From: Octopus bimaculoides | Lineage: Eukaryota | DNA: 64,000 nt | Reading direction: 5' to 3' | NCBI RefSeq assembly: GCF_001194135.2 | Contig: NC_068990.1 | Coordinates: 56,770,950-56,834,949 of the forward strand | Shown: piece by piece, positions 1 to 13,110 of the stretch | Layout: every line of letters begins with the position of its first letter | Position numbering within the stretch: the stretch's first letter is position 1 | Made by a program: the position numbers and the translations under genes | The notes under the pieces: model-generated | What the model saw: the letters and a program-made list of their open reading frames with translations, nothing else | The model's database searches: none | What the model was told of the DNA's origin: nothing

Positions 1-428
1 TGGCATTCTTTTATTAAGGAAAAGTACAGTACAAAGGAAGCTGATGATGTATGTGTTTATAAATCCACACTCACACACACACATTCACTCTCATAGATAT
101 ATATGTATATATGAATACATATGCATATACATGTATATATATGAACAGATATGCACACACACACACACATGTACGTGTGTGTGTGTGTGTATTTTGAGAT
201 ATACATATATAGATAAATGTGCGTGTGTATTTATCAACACATAAGTATATGATTATGTGTGTATTTATAAGTATTTGTGTGTGTGTGTGTGCATGCGTGC
301 ATGCATTAACCTCATGAAGGGATGGCTTCATCCAAGGAAATACTGGTACAATAGCTAGTATTTTTGAGGAATCGGTTTCCTTAAAATAATAGGTATATAT
401 ATATATATATAAACATATAGTTTATATC

Positions 429-774
429 CATATAAAAGAAGAAAAAGAAAACGGAGATTGAGAAGTTAATAACTATTAATTATTAACAACAAATTAATCA
501 TCATCCCTTATGGCTGTTTCAATTAATATTCAGTGAATATTAATTATTAAATTCATATGACCTGAGTGTAATATCTTCAGAGAGAAAAAATATACCCTTG
601 GATGTTTTATATGTATTTATGGAGTCATTATAGCAGATTCTGAAGATATTATGCTCAGGTCATATGAATTAATATTTACTGAGTATTAATTGAAACAGCT
701 GTAAGCGACGATGATTAATTTGTAGTTAATAATAAACAATTATTGACTTCCCAATCTTCATGTTTTTCTTCTTA

Positions 775-780
<6 letters not shown>
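429..780. mobile_element. Foldback/MITE-like element with ~145-bp imperfect inverted arms (429-581 / 639-780) beside (TA)n
   Basis: ATTCATATGACCTGAGTGTAATATCTTCAGA mirrors TCTGAAGATATTATGCTCAGGTCATATGAAT; complementarity continues outward to the TA-rich flanks. Confidence 0.8.
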
Positions 781-809
<29 letters not shown>

Positions 810-1325
810 NNNNNNNNNNNNNNNNNNNNNNNNNNNNNNNNNNNNNNNNNNNNNNNNNNNNNNNNNNNNNNNNNNNNNNNNNNNNNNNNNNNNNNNNNNN
901 NNNNNNNNNNNNNNNNNNNNNNNNNNNNNNNNNNNNNNNNNNNNNNNNNNNNNNNNNNNNNNNNNNNNNNNNNNNNNNNNNNNNNNNNNNNNNNNNNNNN
1001 NNNNNNNNNNNNNNNNNNNNNNNNNNNNNNNNNNNNNNNNNNNNNNNNNNNNNNNNNNNNNNNNNNNNNNNNNNNNNNNNNNNNNNNNNNNNNNNNNNNN
1101 NNNNNNNNNNNNNNNNNNNNNNNNNNNNNNNNNNNNNNNNNNNNNNNNNNNNNNNNNNNNNNNNNNNNNNNNNNNNNNNNNNNNNNNNNNNNNNNNNNNN
1201 NNNNNNNNNNNNNNNNNNNNNNNNNNNNNNNNNNNNNNNNNNNNNNNCATACACACATGCACACACATATATATTGAGAGTGAGAGAAAGAGATGGGGAG
1301 ATAGACAGACAAATACAGATAATTG

Positions 1326-1363
<38 letters not shown>

Positions 1364-1984
1364 ATAAATATCTGAAGCTGGTATCACAATAAAATGCATT
1401 CAGGTGAGTTTTTAGATTGGCCTGAGAAATGAATAGATCAAAGGGTTGAGGAAGTCTTGCTCAAAACTCTATATGCTTTGTTGGGGCATTGTTATGATGA
1501 AGTTCACCTAGTCCATTCAGCAAAACTGGTTGGCACCCCCACTACACCAAAAAACAAACAAACAAAACCAAGAAAACACACAACCAAAAATATAAAAACT
1601 CATGCCAAAATTGCAATGTGCATGGGAGGCACACTCTGTATCCATTATAATGGTGTGTGCGTGGTGTGTATATGGTATGTGTGCATGCGTGTGTAAAATT
1701 AAAGATGGTATTGAAATGTCACATAATCAATTAAAAATATGTTGCTTAAGAATATAACTCACCCATTTCAGAAATCCACTCAGCATCAATATTTGTCAGC
1801 AAAGTCTACTCCACATGGCACATTAAATTATGAACTGTAGCTGCATCTATTGTTATATAGTTTCACCTGACAAACTCTGATTTGATTTTTAAATTTGCTG
1901 CACTGTTTGGCAAGTGAAATCAAAGTTTTCTGACAGTGTTAAAAGTGAAAATTATGACATTAGACTTTCATATTTGCAATTTAA

Positions 1985-2200
1985 CCATTTAGCATTCAGA
2001 TTACTCTTTCAAATGTAATACATATTTATTCACACAGTTTTGAATTAATTGTGCATTATCCCATAGTTTCGAGATTTTGATGATGTGATTGTTTATTGTT
2101 TTTTTTTTTATGGAATGACATTGCAGGTAAGTGTTAGTGTGAGAGATTGGATCTGACCTGTTTGAACATAAAGCACGTAAGATAAAAGCAGTTTGAACGT
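1985..2200 (+). mobile_element. piggyBac-type MITE family 2, 3' end decayed
   Basis: TTAA-CCATTTAGCATTCAGATTACTC start; body similar to copies at 49113 and 63283. Confidence 0.6.
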
Positions 2201-2215
2201 CAGCAGATGCAGCTG

Positions 2216-2262
<47 letters not shown>

Positions 2263-2269
2263 TGTTGTT

Positions 2270-2580
2270 GTTGTTGGCCTTGCGTCACTTATGATGTCGA
2301 GGGTTCCAGTTGATCCAATCAACGGAACAGCCTGCTCATGAAATTAACGTGCAAGTGGCTGAGCACTCCACAGAAATGGGTACCCTTCACGATATTCAGT
2401 GTGACACAGTGTGATAAGACCCACAACAGAAACAGGAAGTAAGAGTGAGAGAAAGTTGTGGTGAAAGAGTACAGCAGGGTTCGCCACCATCCGCTGCTGG
2501 AGCCACGTGGAGCTTTTAGGTGTTTTCGCTCAATAAACACTCACAACACCCTGTCTGGGAATCGAAACCGTGATCCTATA
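2270..2580 (-). mobile_element. SINE family C variant, head-truncated
   Basis: Highly similar to 28390-28718 (GTGCAAGTGGCTGAGCACTCCACAG ... GGGTTCGCCACCATCC ... GGGAATCGAAACC); (TTG)n tail at the left. Confidence 0.8.
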
Positions 2581-3492
2581 TATATAAATGATAACAACAA
2601 ATGGATTGTGGTTGACTACAGCTGTTTCAGAAATTTTTTTTTTTTATTTATGAACAGGAGAGTTACATTGTGAAAATAAAAAATGTTTACATTAAGTGAG
2701 CACAGGTAAGAATTAACAATTAGAACTTCTCACAGACAAGTACATAGTTCCACATGACTCTGCTGACCAAAATTTGGTTATAGAGTGAAGAGTTTAAAGT
2801 TATCCTCAAGTTTATAATGTGGAACATGTTAAAGGGTCTGGATGGAGAGGAAAGTGGATGGAGAACTATAAGGAAGTAAGTAGAGAGAGAAAAACTGAAG
2901 CAAGGGGAGAGAAGAGAGTGCATGATCTTGTTTGACCTTGTGAAGTGTTATAAATGAAATAAGGTTGTTTCTAAATGTTTGACAGTTATACTTATGCATA
3001 AAGTTGTATGTATATGTATATGTATATGTATGTATATGTGCCCATATGGGCATAAGTAGATTTATTTATTTATATGTGTGTGAAGGGTTTCTATGTACAA
3101 AAATGTATATATGTGCATAGGTATCTGTTTTCTATCTACCATTTATTTTTCCATCTATATCTATTTTTATTGCTCTTGTTTATAAAGATCCTATTAAGAA
3201 ACAACCTTATTTTATTTATAAAGAAAACCTACCTGGTTAAGTAAAATCGAGGACATACAGGTATGTCCTTTATATCCATGACATACTCTTTCCCCTACAA
3301 CCCATCTTCTTGACTCCTCCATGTTCCCCCCACACATGCTCACCACTGCCTTATTGCCCTCCATTCTTCCTCATGTACCTACCTGCACACAATGTGTCCC
3401 TGTTAAATCTCTTCCACCACTGCAACATATCCTCCCAACACCCCCTCCTTCTACTTGTTCCCACTTGTTCTATTCTCCCCACATACATATGT

Positions 3493-3790
3493 GAAGGTGC
3501 ATGGCTTAGTGGTTAAGGTGTTGCACTCATGATTATGAGATCGTGAGTTCGATTCCCAGACCGGGAATTGTGTTGTGTTCTTGAGCAAAGCACTTAATTT
3601 CACATTGCTCTGTAACCAGTTTGTTATCTGACATGTGGCACCCATTGTACCTGTATAGGTAATGTCAATCAAATGGAGAGAATGAGCTTATATTTACACA
3701 AATATTGGATCACTATAAACAAATAATCTGTGTAGTGGTTCGGTAAGAAATTGTTGGACCCTCATATGTTGTCTAATGATGGGAGAGTCC
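3493..3790 (+). mobile_element. tRNA-derived SINE, family C-like head
   Basis: A box TGGCTTAGTGG, B box GAGTTCGATTCC, then GTGTTCTTGAGCAAAGCACTT core-like motif. Confidence 0.75.
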
Positions 3791-4992
3791 ATCAAATGTA
3801 CATACATATATGTGTATATATATATATATATATATTTATGTACCCGTGTCTTTCTGTTAGTCATTGTAACTTAACTGCTCAGCAAAAAATACCAACAGAA
3901 TAAGTAACAGTAATGTAAAAGAAAAAAAAATTGGGGTCAGTGTGTTTAACAAAAATCCTTGAAGGTAGTAACCCAGAATGGCCTGTCAGTATCTGAAACC
4001 AGTAAATGATAAAAGTTAATATAAAAGTTTCATTGTTTCTTTTGTGTATGAATGTGGGAGCAGGAAGGTGAGGGGGTTGACTTTAGTAATTCACCATATT
4101 TTCCAGCATGAAAGTTGACTTTTTCAGACCAAAATTTGCAGCCAAAATACTTAGGTCCACTTATACACCAAAATGACTTTGAAAGACCAAAAATTTCATG
4201 TGGGAAAGATAGTGCATGGTTATTCTATATATTTTGTTGATTGTATGTCAGAAAATACATTGTGATGTTTATACTTTTTATGAACGGTCAACCTTCAAGA
4301 TTGCCTCAAGTGAATCCATTTCAAGTATGTATCAGTTATGCCATTAAATTCCTTGGTTGAATTTGGAAACGTTTACTTGTCTTGCCTGTTATCTGTTAGA
4401 GAAAATTCCAGTGCCTGAGCCATTTGTAAAGGCATTAGTAAAAATTAGTAATAAATGAGAGAGAGAAGGAGAGTTAAAAAGAAATAGAGAAAAAGAGAGA
4501 GAAAAGACAGAAGAGAAAGGAGAAAGAGAACAAACAAGAAAGAAAAAGACAGAGAAAGAAGTGATGCAATATAACAGCCTGAATGGAGATAGAAGTATGC
4601 TGAAAAAGATTTGAAGAGAGAGAAGCATTAAATGATGAGTCTTAGCCCTGCAAGAACGATGGGTGTGAGTGGATATTAATCAGAGGTGGTGGAGAAGAAG
4701 TGGGTAGGGTAAGAGACATAAAGAGAAGGGGTTGATCAAAGGCTAGAGAGTGGGGCTCTGTTCACTATAACTAATCACTATTATGGTCTTTCTTTTACTA
4801 ACTGCATACACATACACAGAATAAGTTCCTCATGCACAACACACAGTATGCATACACATACATTTATGTGTGTGTGTGTATGTGTGTCTGTGTGTGCGTG
4901 CTTGTGTATGTATATGTATATAACATGTAAGCATGTATGAATGTATCTCTTGCTCTCTCTTCATCTATCTATCTCCATCACACTTTCTCTCC

Positions 4993-5056
<64 letters not shown>

Positions 5057-5693
5057 GTCTTCGTGTGTTTATATATGTATGTATACGTACATAATATCGA
5101 TGTATATATATAAACAGGTATATAGATATATATGTGTGTGTGTGTATGTATGCATTTATGTATATATATACATATATATATATATGTGACTGCGTGTGTA
5201 TGTATACATGTATGTCTGTGTGTAATGTATGGTTAGCGTATCTATAAAAATTAAAATTAACGAGAATAAATTCACATAGAAATGTATATTGGAATACTAA
5301 TGACAGCAAGGATAAAGAAGAATGCTGGGAATAATCAAGGGTTTAATTAATATTAGTGTAGTGATTCTTAACCTTTGACGGAGGATGACCTAAATTCTAA
5401 CATCATTTTGAACTTCAGGACCTTTTAGTACTCTCCCTGTTAAAGATGAAGGAAAAGAGACCTAAATAAGACGAAGGAGGGATTTTTTTTATATTTCCAA
5501 GTAATCACAGGCGGAGGGATATAGCCCATGGCTTTTGTTAAGCTCAGTCCTCTCTGATGAGGTAAATCGATGTAGTTTTGATGTTCAGCAGGAGAAAAAT
5601 GTAGGAAGGAGTTGATGATAATCCTTGTGAGTGAGAGCTATCGTTGGGGATAATTGATTACGAAAAAGTACTTAGTGAGAGACCTGGTGGGTG

Positions 5694-5747
<54 letters not shown>

Positions 5748-6032
5748 TATACATATATATACATACATAAAAGGGGATAGTGAGAGAAAGAATGCAGGGT
5801 TTTAGTAGGCACTTCAATAGGATCGAGGTCAAGGTCAGTGATGTTCAGTTACGGAAAATATCTCAAAGGCAAGCATGAAAATTCTTGAGAGCTGGAACTA
5901 AAACTGGAGAGAATTGACTGTGAATAATGTTAGGGGTTGAATCAGAAAGTGATGGTGGTTCACAAAAGGGATAAAAATAAGAAGCTGAGATAAGTATATT
6001 GGATAGATGGAGATATTTACACTCTCTTTTTT

Positions 6033-6631
6033 TCTTTTACTCTTTTACTTGTTTTAGTCATTTGACTGCGGCCATGCCGGAGCACTGCCTTTAGTTGAGT
6101 ATATCTACCCCAGGACTTATTTTTGTAAGCCTAGTACTTATTCTATCGGTCTCTTTTATCAAACCGCTAAGTGACGGGGACATAAACACACCAGCATCGG
6201 TTGTCAAGCAATGCTAGGGGGACAAACACAGACACACAAACACACACACACACACACACACANNNNNNNNNNNNNNNNNNNNNNNNNNNNNNNNNNNNNN
6301 NNNNNNNNNNNNNNNNNNNNNNNNNNNNNNNNNNNNNNNNNNNNNNNNNNNNNNNNNNNNNNNNNNNNNNNNNNNNNNNNNNNNNNNNNNNNNNNNNNNN
6401 NNNNNNNNNNNNNNNNNNNNNNNNNNNNNNNNNNNNNNNNNNNNNNNNNNNNNNNNNNNNNNNNNNNNNNNNNNNNNNNNNNNNNNNNNNNNNNNNNNNN
6501 NNNNNNNNNNNNNNNNNNNNNNNNNNNNNNNNNNNNNNNNNNNNNNNNNNNNNNNNNNNNNNNNNNNNNNNNNNNNNNNNNNNNNNNNNNNNNNNNNNNN
6601 NNNNNNNNNNNNNNNNNNNNNNNNNNNNNNN

Positions 6632-6662
<31 letters not shown>

Positions 6663-6826
6663 TACGACGGGCTTCTTTCAGTTTCTGTCCACCAAATCCA
6701 CTCACAAGGCTTTGGTCGGCCCGAGGCTATAGTAGAAGACACTTGCCCAAGGTGCCACGCAGTGGGACTGAACCCGAAACCATGTGGTTGGTAAGCAAGC
6801 TACTTACCACACAGCTACTCTTGTGC
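6033..6826 (-). mobile_element. SINE family A (tRNA-like head, internal TA/TG microsatellite, 3' module), spanning N-gap 6263-6630
   Basis: Reverse complement of GAGTAGCTGTGTGGTAAGTAGCTTGCTTACCAACCACATGGTTTCGGGTTCAGTCCC ... AAGTAAAAGA tail; many similar copies in the window. Confidence 0.9.
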
Positions 6827-7129
6827 CTATGTACGTGTTATTGTTTAGTCAAGGTTAGACTTGACTGAATAGACATACTATTAAGCTTATATCACAGTTC
6901 TGTTTCTATCATGTATCTTTCAGACATAATATATCAAGGACTATATTATCTAATGTGTTCTTCTCTGACTAGAAGCCAGGAAGATAAAGAGACAACTAAA
7001 AATGGTTTTGAGTGTGACATTTTCTGTATATTCAAGCACTAACATGAACTATTTTCTTGTGGTATTTATTAGTATTAACATGATAACAGTTATTATAAAA
7101 TTTATTGCTCACTTTTGCACCAGGCACTT

Positions 7130-7206
<77 letters not shown>

Positions 7207-7456
7207 AGATACGTACATGTGTGCATACATATATATATTCGTACATACATACATACAACATATATACATATTTATACTAATAATAATTGGTGTGCTTGAT
7301 TTTGTGAGTAAATGCTTTAGTGAAATACTGGATAAGCTTGGGTTTTCAGAAAAAGAAATCAACCAACTAATCACACATTACTAATACAACCAATAAGTGG
7401 AACAGTAAAAATCTACAAGACTTTTCTAAAGGTTAAAGTGTGAAATTGCTTTGTGT

Positions 7457-7487
<31 letters not shown>

Positions 7488-7492
7488 ATATA

Positions 7493-7590
7493 CGTGGCCT
7501 GATCAATAAGTATCCGGACTGTTGCTATAGTAATGAACCTAAAGCATGCAGAGTAAAGCTGCTTGGCACAGATTGACCTTGAAATCTGTC
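7493..7590 (+). mobile_element. Possible single end of a mariner-type non-autonomous element
   Basis: TA-CGTGGCCTGATCAATAAGTATCCGGACT resembles mariner-type TIR starts; no partner end seen. Confidence 0.35.
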
Positions 7591-7609
7591 ATATATATGT
7601 ACATATATG

Positions 7610-7845
7610 TGTATGTGTGTGTGTGTGTGTTTGCATTTGTGTTGCTCCTCACCGCTACCTCACCACTTGACAACCGATGCTGGTGTGTTTATGTTCCTGT
7701 AACCTAGCAGTTCAACAAAAGACTGATAGAATAAGTACCAGGCTTAAAAAAAACAAAATAAGTACCTGGGTCGATTCCTTCATCTAAAAATTCAAGGCAG
7801 TGTCTCAGCATGGCTGCAGTCTAATGACTGAAACAAGTAAAAAAA
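7610..7845 (+). mobile_element. SINE family A, 3' module only
   Basis: ACTTGACAACCGATGCTGGTGTGTTTATG ... ATGACTGAAACAAGTAAAA. Confidence 0.8.
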
Positions 7846-7862
7846 AAAAAAGATTTATATAA

Positions 7863-8874
7863 GTGCAGGAGTGGCTGTGTGGTAAGTAGCTTGCTTACAT
7901 GGTTCTGGGTTCAGTCTCACTCCGTGGCACATTGGGCAAGTGTCTTCTACTATAGCCTCAGGCTGACCAAAGCCTTGTGAGTGGATTTAGTAGATGGAAA
8001 CTGAAAGAAGCCTGTCATATNNNNNNNNNNNNNNNNNNNNNNNNNNNNNNNNNNNNNNNNNNNNNNNNNNNNNNNNNNNNNNNNNNNNNNNNNNNNNNNN
8101 NNNNNNNNNNNNNNNNNNNNNNNNNNNNNNNNNNNNNNNNNNNNNNNNNNNNNNNNNNNNNNNNNNNNNNNNNNNNNNNNNNNNNNNNNNNNNNNNNNNN
8201 NNNNNNNNNNNNNNNNNNNNNNNNNNNNNNNNNNNNNNNNNNNNNNNNNNNNNNNNNNNNNNNNNNNNNNNNNNNNNNNNNNNNNNNNNNNNNNNNNNNN
8301 NNNNNNNNNNNNNNNNNNNNNNNNNNNNNNNNNNNNNNNNNNNNNNNNNNNNNNNNNNNNNNNNNNNNNNNNNNNNNNNNNNNNNNNNNNNNNNNNNNNN
8401 NNNNNNNNNNNNNNNNNNNNNNNNNNNNNNNNNNNNNNNNNNNNNNNNNNNNNNNNNNNNNNNNNNNNNNNNNNNNNNNNNNNNNNNNNNNNNNNNNNNN
8501 NNNNNNNNNNNNNNNNNNNNNNNNNNNNNNNNNNNNNNNNNNNNNNNNNNNNNNNNNNNNNNNNNNNNNNNNNNNNNNNNNNNNNNNNNNNNNNNNNNNN
8601 NNNNNNNNNNNNNNNNNNNNNNNNNNNNNNNNNNNNNNNNNNNNNNNNNNNNNNNNNNNNNNNNNNNNNNNNNNNNNNNNNNNNNNNNNNNNNNNNNNNN
8701 NNNNNNNNNNNNNNNNNNNNNNNNNNNNNNNNNNNNNNNNNNNNNNNNNNNNNNNNNNNNNNNNNNNNNNNNNNNNNNNNNNNNNNNNNNNNNNNNNNNN
8801 NNNNNNNNNNNNNNNNNNNNNNNNNNNNNNNNNNNNNNNNNNNNNNNNNNNNNNNNNNNNNNNNNNNNNNNNNN

Positions 8875-8905
<31 letters not shown>

Positions 8906-9136
8906 ATGGATGTATGTGTGTGTGTGTGTTTGTGTGTTTGTGTTGTCTCCCCAACATCGCTTGACAACCTATGCTGGTGTGTTTACATCCCCATAACTTA
9001 GTGGTTTGGCAAAAGAGACTGATGGAATAAGTACTAGGCTTACAAAGAATAAGTCCTAGGGTCAATTTGCTCTACTAAAGGCAGTGCTCCAGCATGGTCA
9101 CAGTCACATGACTGAAACAAATAAAAGTATAAAAGA
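7863..9136 (+). mobile_element. SINE family A spanning N-gap 8021-8874
   Basis: GGAGTGGCTGTGTGGTAAGTAGCTTGC head with GGGTTCAGTC B-box-like motif; 3' module after the gap. Confidence 0.85.
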
Positions 9137-9809
9137 ACATATATCTATATATATATTTTATATTTGTAAGATATATAATATATCATATATACATATCTAT
9201 ATTATATTATATATAATATAATATAGATATGCATATGATATGATATATTTGATATATTATACATACGATTTATATGCTAATAAATTACCAAATATTAGGA
9301 CTTAAAAAAATATTAAAGCAATTATGTCTCCTCCCCCGACTTTTTTCATTTCTTCAGTTATTTTGAAAACACTGTTATTTTTATCCATTTTTCATTTCTG
9401 AGAAAAATACTAAAATTTTGATGAATATTCTATTTTTCTTTGATGTTTTTAACCATTCTTTTCTGAATAATTTGCATTTTTTATGAATAAGTTTTTCTTA
9501 AAGATTTGTCTTTTGGCCAAAATGATTTTGGCCTACATTGCTTTCCAATAACATTTTTTTTTTTTAATATTATGATGTTACCTTCTTTTAAAAGCATTCT
9601 TATGCCAACTAATTCTCTCCTGTTTCCAAAAAGGATAAGAGAAGTATGCCAGAAAAATTTTACTTTTATTTGATAACAACACATTTGGATAAAAATAGTA
9701 TTACAACAAATTTATGACATCAGTATCTGTGCATTTGACTCTGTTGAGGTAACTGACTTAGATAGTCATTTCTTGTTGCACAAATTCAAAACCTCAATGC
9801 AACAACAGA

Positions 9810-10121
9810 GCACTGACACTGGTGCCACATAAAAAGCACTGGTGATTGGACCACTTACAAAACGCTGTTGCTGGTGCCACATAAAGAGCACTAGTGCTGG
9901 TACCATATAAAAGCACTGATGCTGGTGTTATGTAAAAAAATCGTGTCTTATAAAAAACACTCTGTACACTCTGTAAAGTGGTTGGGATTAGGAAATGCAA
10001 CCAGCTGTAGAAACCATACTAAAACAGACGATAAAGACTGGTGCAGATCCCAGCCATAGCAACTTTTGTCAAACCATCCAACCCATGCTAGCATAGAAAA
10101 CATGTTAAATGATAATGATGA
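9810..10121 (+). mobile_element. Family D retroposon 3' end with internal ~21-bp CTGGTGCCACATAAAAAGCA repeats and (GAT)n tail
   Basis: Similar copies at 11900, 50030 and 63590; ends in AACCCATGCTAGCAT ... TTAAATGATAATGATGAT. Confidence 0.75.
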
Positions 10122-10225
10122 TTCCTCATCTGAAATGACAGTCACCTGTTCATCAGGTATATGGCATCTAAAACAAAAAAACAAATTAAAGGCTTAACCT
10201 CCCTGTAAAATTCAGAATGAATATT

Positions 10226-10437
10226 CTTTTCTATTCTAGGCACAAGGCCCAAAATTTTGTGGGAGGAGGCCAGTTGATTAAATTGACACCAGTAAGCAAC
10301 TGGTACTTAATTTATCGACCCCGAAAAGACGAAAGGCAAGTCGATCTTGGCAGAATTTGAACTCAGAACATAAAGGCATACGAAATATCGCTAAGCATTT
10401 CACCTGGTCCACTAACGTTTCTGCCAGCTTGTGCCTT
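10226..10437 (-). mobile_element. SINE family B
   Basis: Reverse complement of GCTGGCAGAAACGTTAG ... GTTCTGAGTTCAAATT ... CTTTCGGGGTCGATAAATTAAGTACCAG. Confidence 0.85.
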
Positions 10438-11294
10438 TAAATGCAGAATGAATATTAATATACTAACACTGGATTTCTTAGATGTCACCTTGAATCTTAA
10501 CATGACCTTACACAAAACACATAAAGAAGTGTGGTTACTTGCAGGTTAAAAGGAGGGTTCTACCATTTTCCTTTTCTTTTTCTAGCCATCCAATACAAAC
10601 AAAACATAACCAGTCACTTTAACTTCATTATCAAATTTTATCAAAAAAAAAAAGCATAAATCATTTAGACTTTGGAAATTATCATGTGACAAAGTTTGCT
10701 TCACAGCACTGCTCCCATTTACAACAATGCCTTGCAGTGCAGTAATTTTAAGGAAAGAATAACATTCATCTTAACAAATAACAGTTCCAAAACTAGAAAG
10801 AGAAAAGGAAAATGATACAGCCCTCCTTTTCACCTTCAAGTAACCACACTTACTGCCAAGTACTTTCTTAACTTAGAAAACTCTTCATCTTAATGTAAAA
10901 TCATAAATACCACATTAACTTGTTCAAAGACTCTCGCTTTACAACTCTGAACTTCACACTGATTCTCACAAGCAACACTGGTAAAATGAGAACAAAACTT
11001 CACACAAACTATTGCTATATCTGGCAACAGCTGAAATTCACATCGCTTCACACTTAATATATAGTTATATGTACAGTTTATTCTGCTAAAGTTACCACCT
11101 AAGCTTTAGATAGACACTTACATAGGAGCCACCTCAAATGAATTCAAACTTTACCTTGAGCAGCACCTACATGCATTTAGAAATTCCACCAAAATCAAAT
11201 ACTAAACCAGGTAACCTGTTTTGGACCTAAAATACCCAAATATCTTTTTTCAACACTTATATATGTTGAGAGATCAATGATGAGAACAATGAGA

Positions 11295-11355
11295 CTATTG
11301 GATAACTATTGGATAAGTATTGGATAACTATTGGATAAGTATTGGATAACTATTG
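11295..11355 (+). repeat. Tandem 11-bp repeat (C/G)TATTGGATAA, ~5.5 copies
   Basis: Seen directly in the sequence. Confidence 0.9.
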
Positions 11356-11705
11356 TGAAGCTATTGGATAAAAAGAGTGCTGAGGATTTGATGGGGGTAC
11401 TGGGGCTGGAGGAATTGGTGGAACAGCTGGCAAGGGCAAATGGAGTGCGGTGGTATGAACATGTGTTGAGAAGGGATGAGGATCATGGTCTGAAGAGAGT
11501 GCTTGAGCTTAAGGTGAATGAACCATGAAAAAAAGGTCGACCAAAGAAAATATGGAGGGGACAAGTGGAGGAGGAGATTAGGAGGGTTGGCTTGAGGAAG
11601 GAGGATGCTCAAAACTGGATGAGATGGTGAGATGGTGTGAGAGTGGTTGCTGTAAGAGTGGGGTAGATCCGGCCATCCTTGTTAATGGGACAAACCTGGA
11701 TTTGA
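11350..11705 (+). mobile_element. RTE-clade LINE, decayed ORF C-terminus and 3' end
   Basis: Translation ...EQLARANGVRWYEHVLRRDEDHGLKRVLELKV..*KKGRPKKIWRGQVEEE...EDAQNWMRW matches the RTE C-terminal pattern RW(F/Y)GHV-RR...GRP--TW...EDA--R--W; contains stops. Confidence 0.8.
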
Positions 11706-11899
11706 AATATTGGACATCGATCAATATATTTGAGAGGAAAGTCATAAGGCTCAGATTTGAAATACTCTCCCCAAAAAGAACAAAATTATATGGCACTGAT
11801 GATACCATTAACTTGAAAACAGAGCTCAGCCATTCCTCTCAGTTCTACTTCTTCTTTCAGCTGAGAGGTCCTTGTCTTGCAAGCTACTTGGGGTAACCC

Positions 11900-12340
11900 C
11901 ACAGGTGCTGGTGCCACATAAAAAGCACCCATGTTGGTGTCATTTAGAAAGCATCTGTGCTGGTGCTACATAAAATGTACCCATACTGGTTTCACATAAA
12001 AAGCACCCATGCTGGCACCAAGTATAGAACACCTATACTGGCACCATATATAGAGTGCTTGTGCTGGGGCCATATAAAAAGGATCCATGCTCATACCAAC
12101 TAAACAACACCTGTGTTGGTACCATGTAAAAAGCAACCATGCCGGTACCTTCTAAAAAGCTCTTGAGCCATACAAAAACATCCAGTACAATCTGTAAAGT
12201 GGTTGGCATTAGGAAGAGCATCCATCCATAGAAACCATGCCAAAACAGACAACTGGAGCCTGGTGCAGCTCTCCAGCTTACCAGCTCCTTGTCAAACCAT
12301 CCAACCCATGCCAGCATGGAAAACAGTTATTAAATGATAA
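11900..12340 (+). mobile_element. Family D copy with an expanded array of the ~21-bp unit
   Basis: About 9 degenerate CTGGTGCCAYATAAAAAGCA units, then GTGGTTGGCATTAGGAAG ... AACCCATGCCAGCATGG. Confidence 0.75.
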
Positions 12341-12775
12341 AGACAATGAGAGCTAATTTCCTATTGTAGGAAAAAAACAAAACAATTCTCTCTTAAAAAA
12401 AACAGACACACCTCCACATTTAATACAAAAGTTGGCCATAGATGCATTCCCATACATACATATGCGTTAAGCTGTGCCCATACATCTGTACCTCTATCCT
12501 TCTTTATCTGTAGATGAGTCTGGAACTTTGTCAGTGTACCCATTTCTTATCTTTATATCTTGATATGAAAACCTCTATGCATATCAAGTTGTACATGTAC
12601 AGTTGCATATAGGTATTGTGTGCATAAATACTTGCATACCATGCATGGATGCATATGCAACTGGTGTATATTATGTATAGTGTATGCATGCCCATCCATG
12701 TATTCAGGGTTCATGAACACCTGTATGCACACATACACAAACACTGTGTCTATATGAGAATATTCTGTTGGCGTA

Positions 12776-12841
<66 letters not shown>

Positions 12842-13076
12842 AATATACACATACGTACATGCATATATCCATACATACATGCATACATACATATATATAT
12901 ATACACACATACATACATCCATACATACATATAAACATGCTTGCAATATCTGTGTGTATATGTATGTATATGCATACTCTCTTTATTTGTGCTCCCTCAC
13001 TGGATATGTTAATGCATGTTCTATGTATGTATCTGCATTCATGCATGCTTCTAGCAATCAATGTATATAATAAGAT

Positions 13077-13110
<34 letters not shown>

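Noticed and set aside
5545-5585. Possible hammerhead at CTCTGATGAGGTAAATCGATG
   Set aside because: There is no GAAA after the putative helix II and no helix I partner.
5480-5970. Possible decayed Penelope-like C-terminus/UTR on the minus strand
   Set aside because: No convincing motif could be recovered in any frame; left uncalled.
726-9065. Long ORFs crossing N-runs (also near 18.2, 22.3, 23.8, 44.4-45.2 and 53.9 kb)
   Set aside because: They are open only because N codons cannot be stops; the flanks are TA/CA microsatellite translations.
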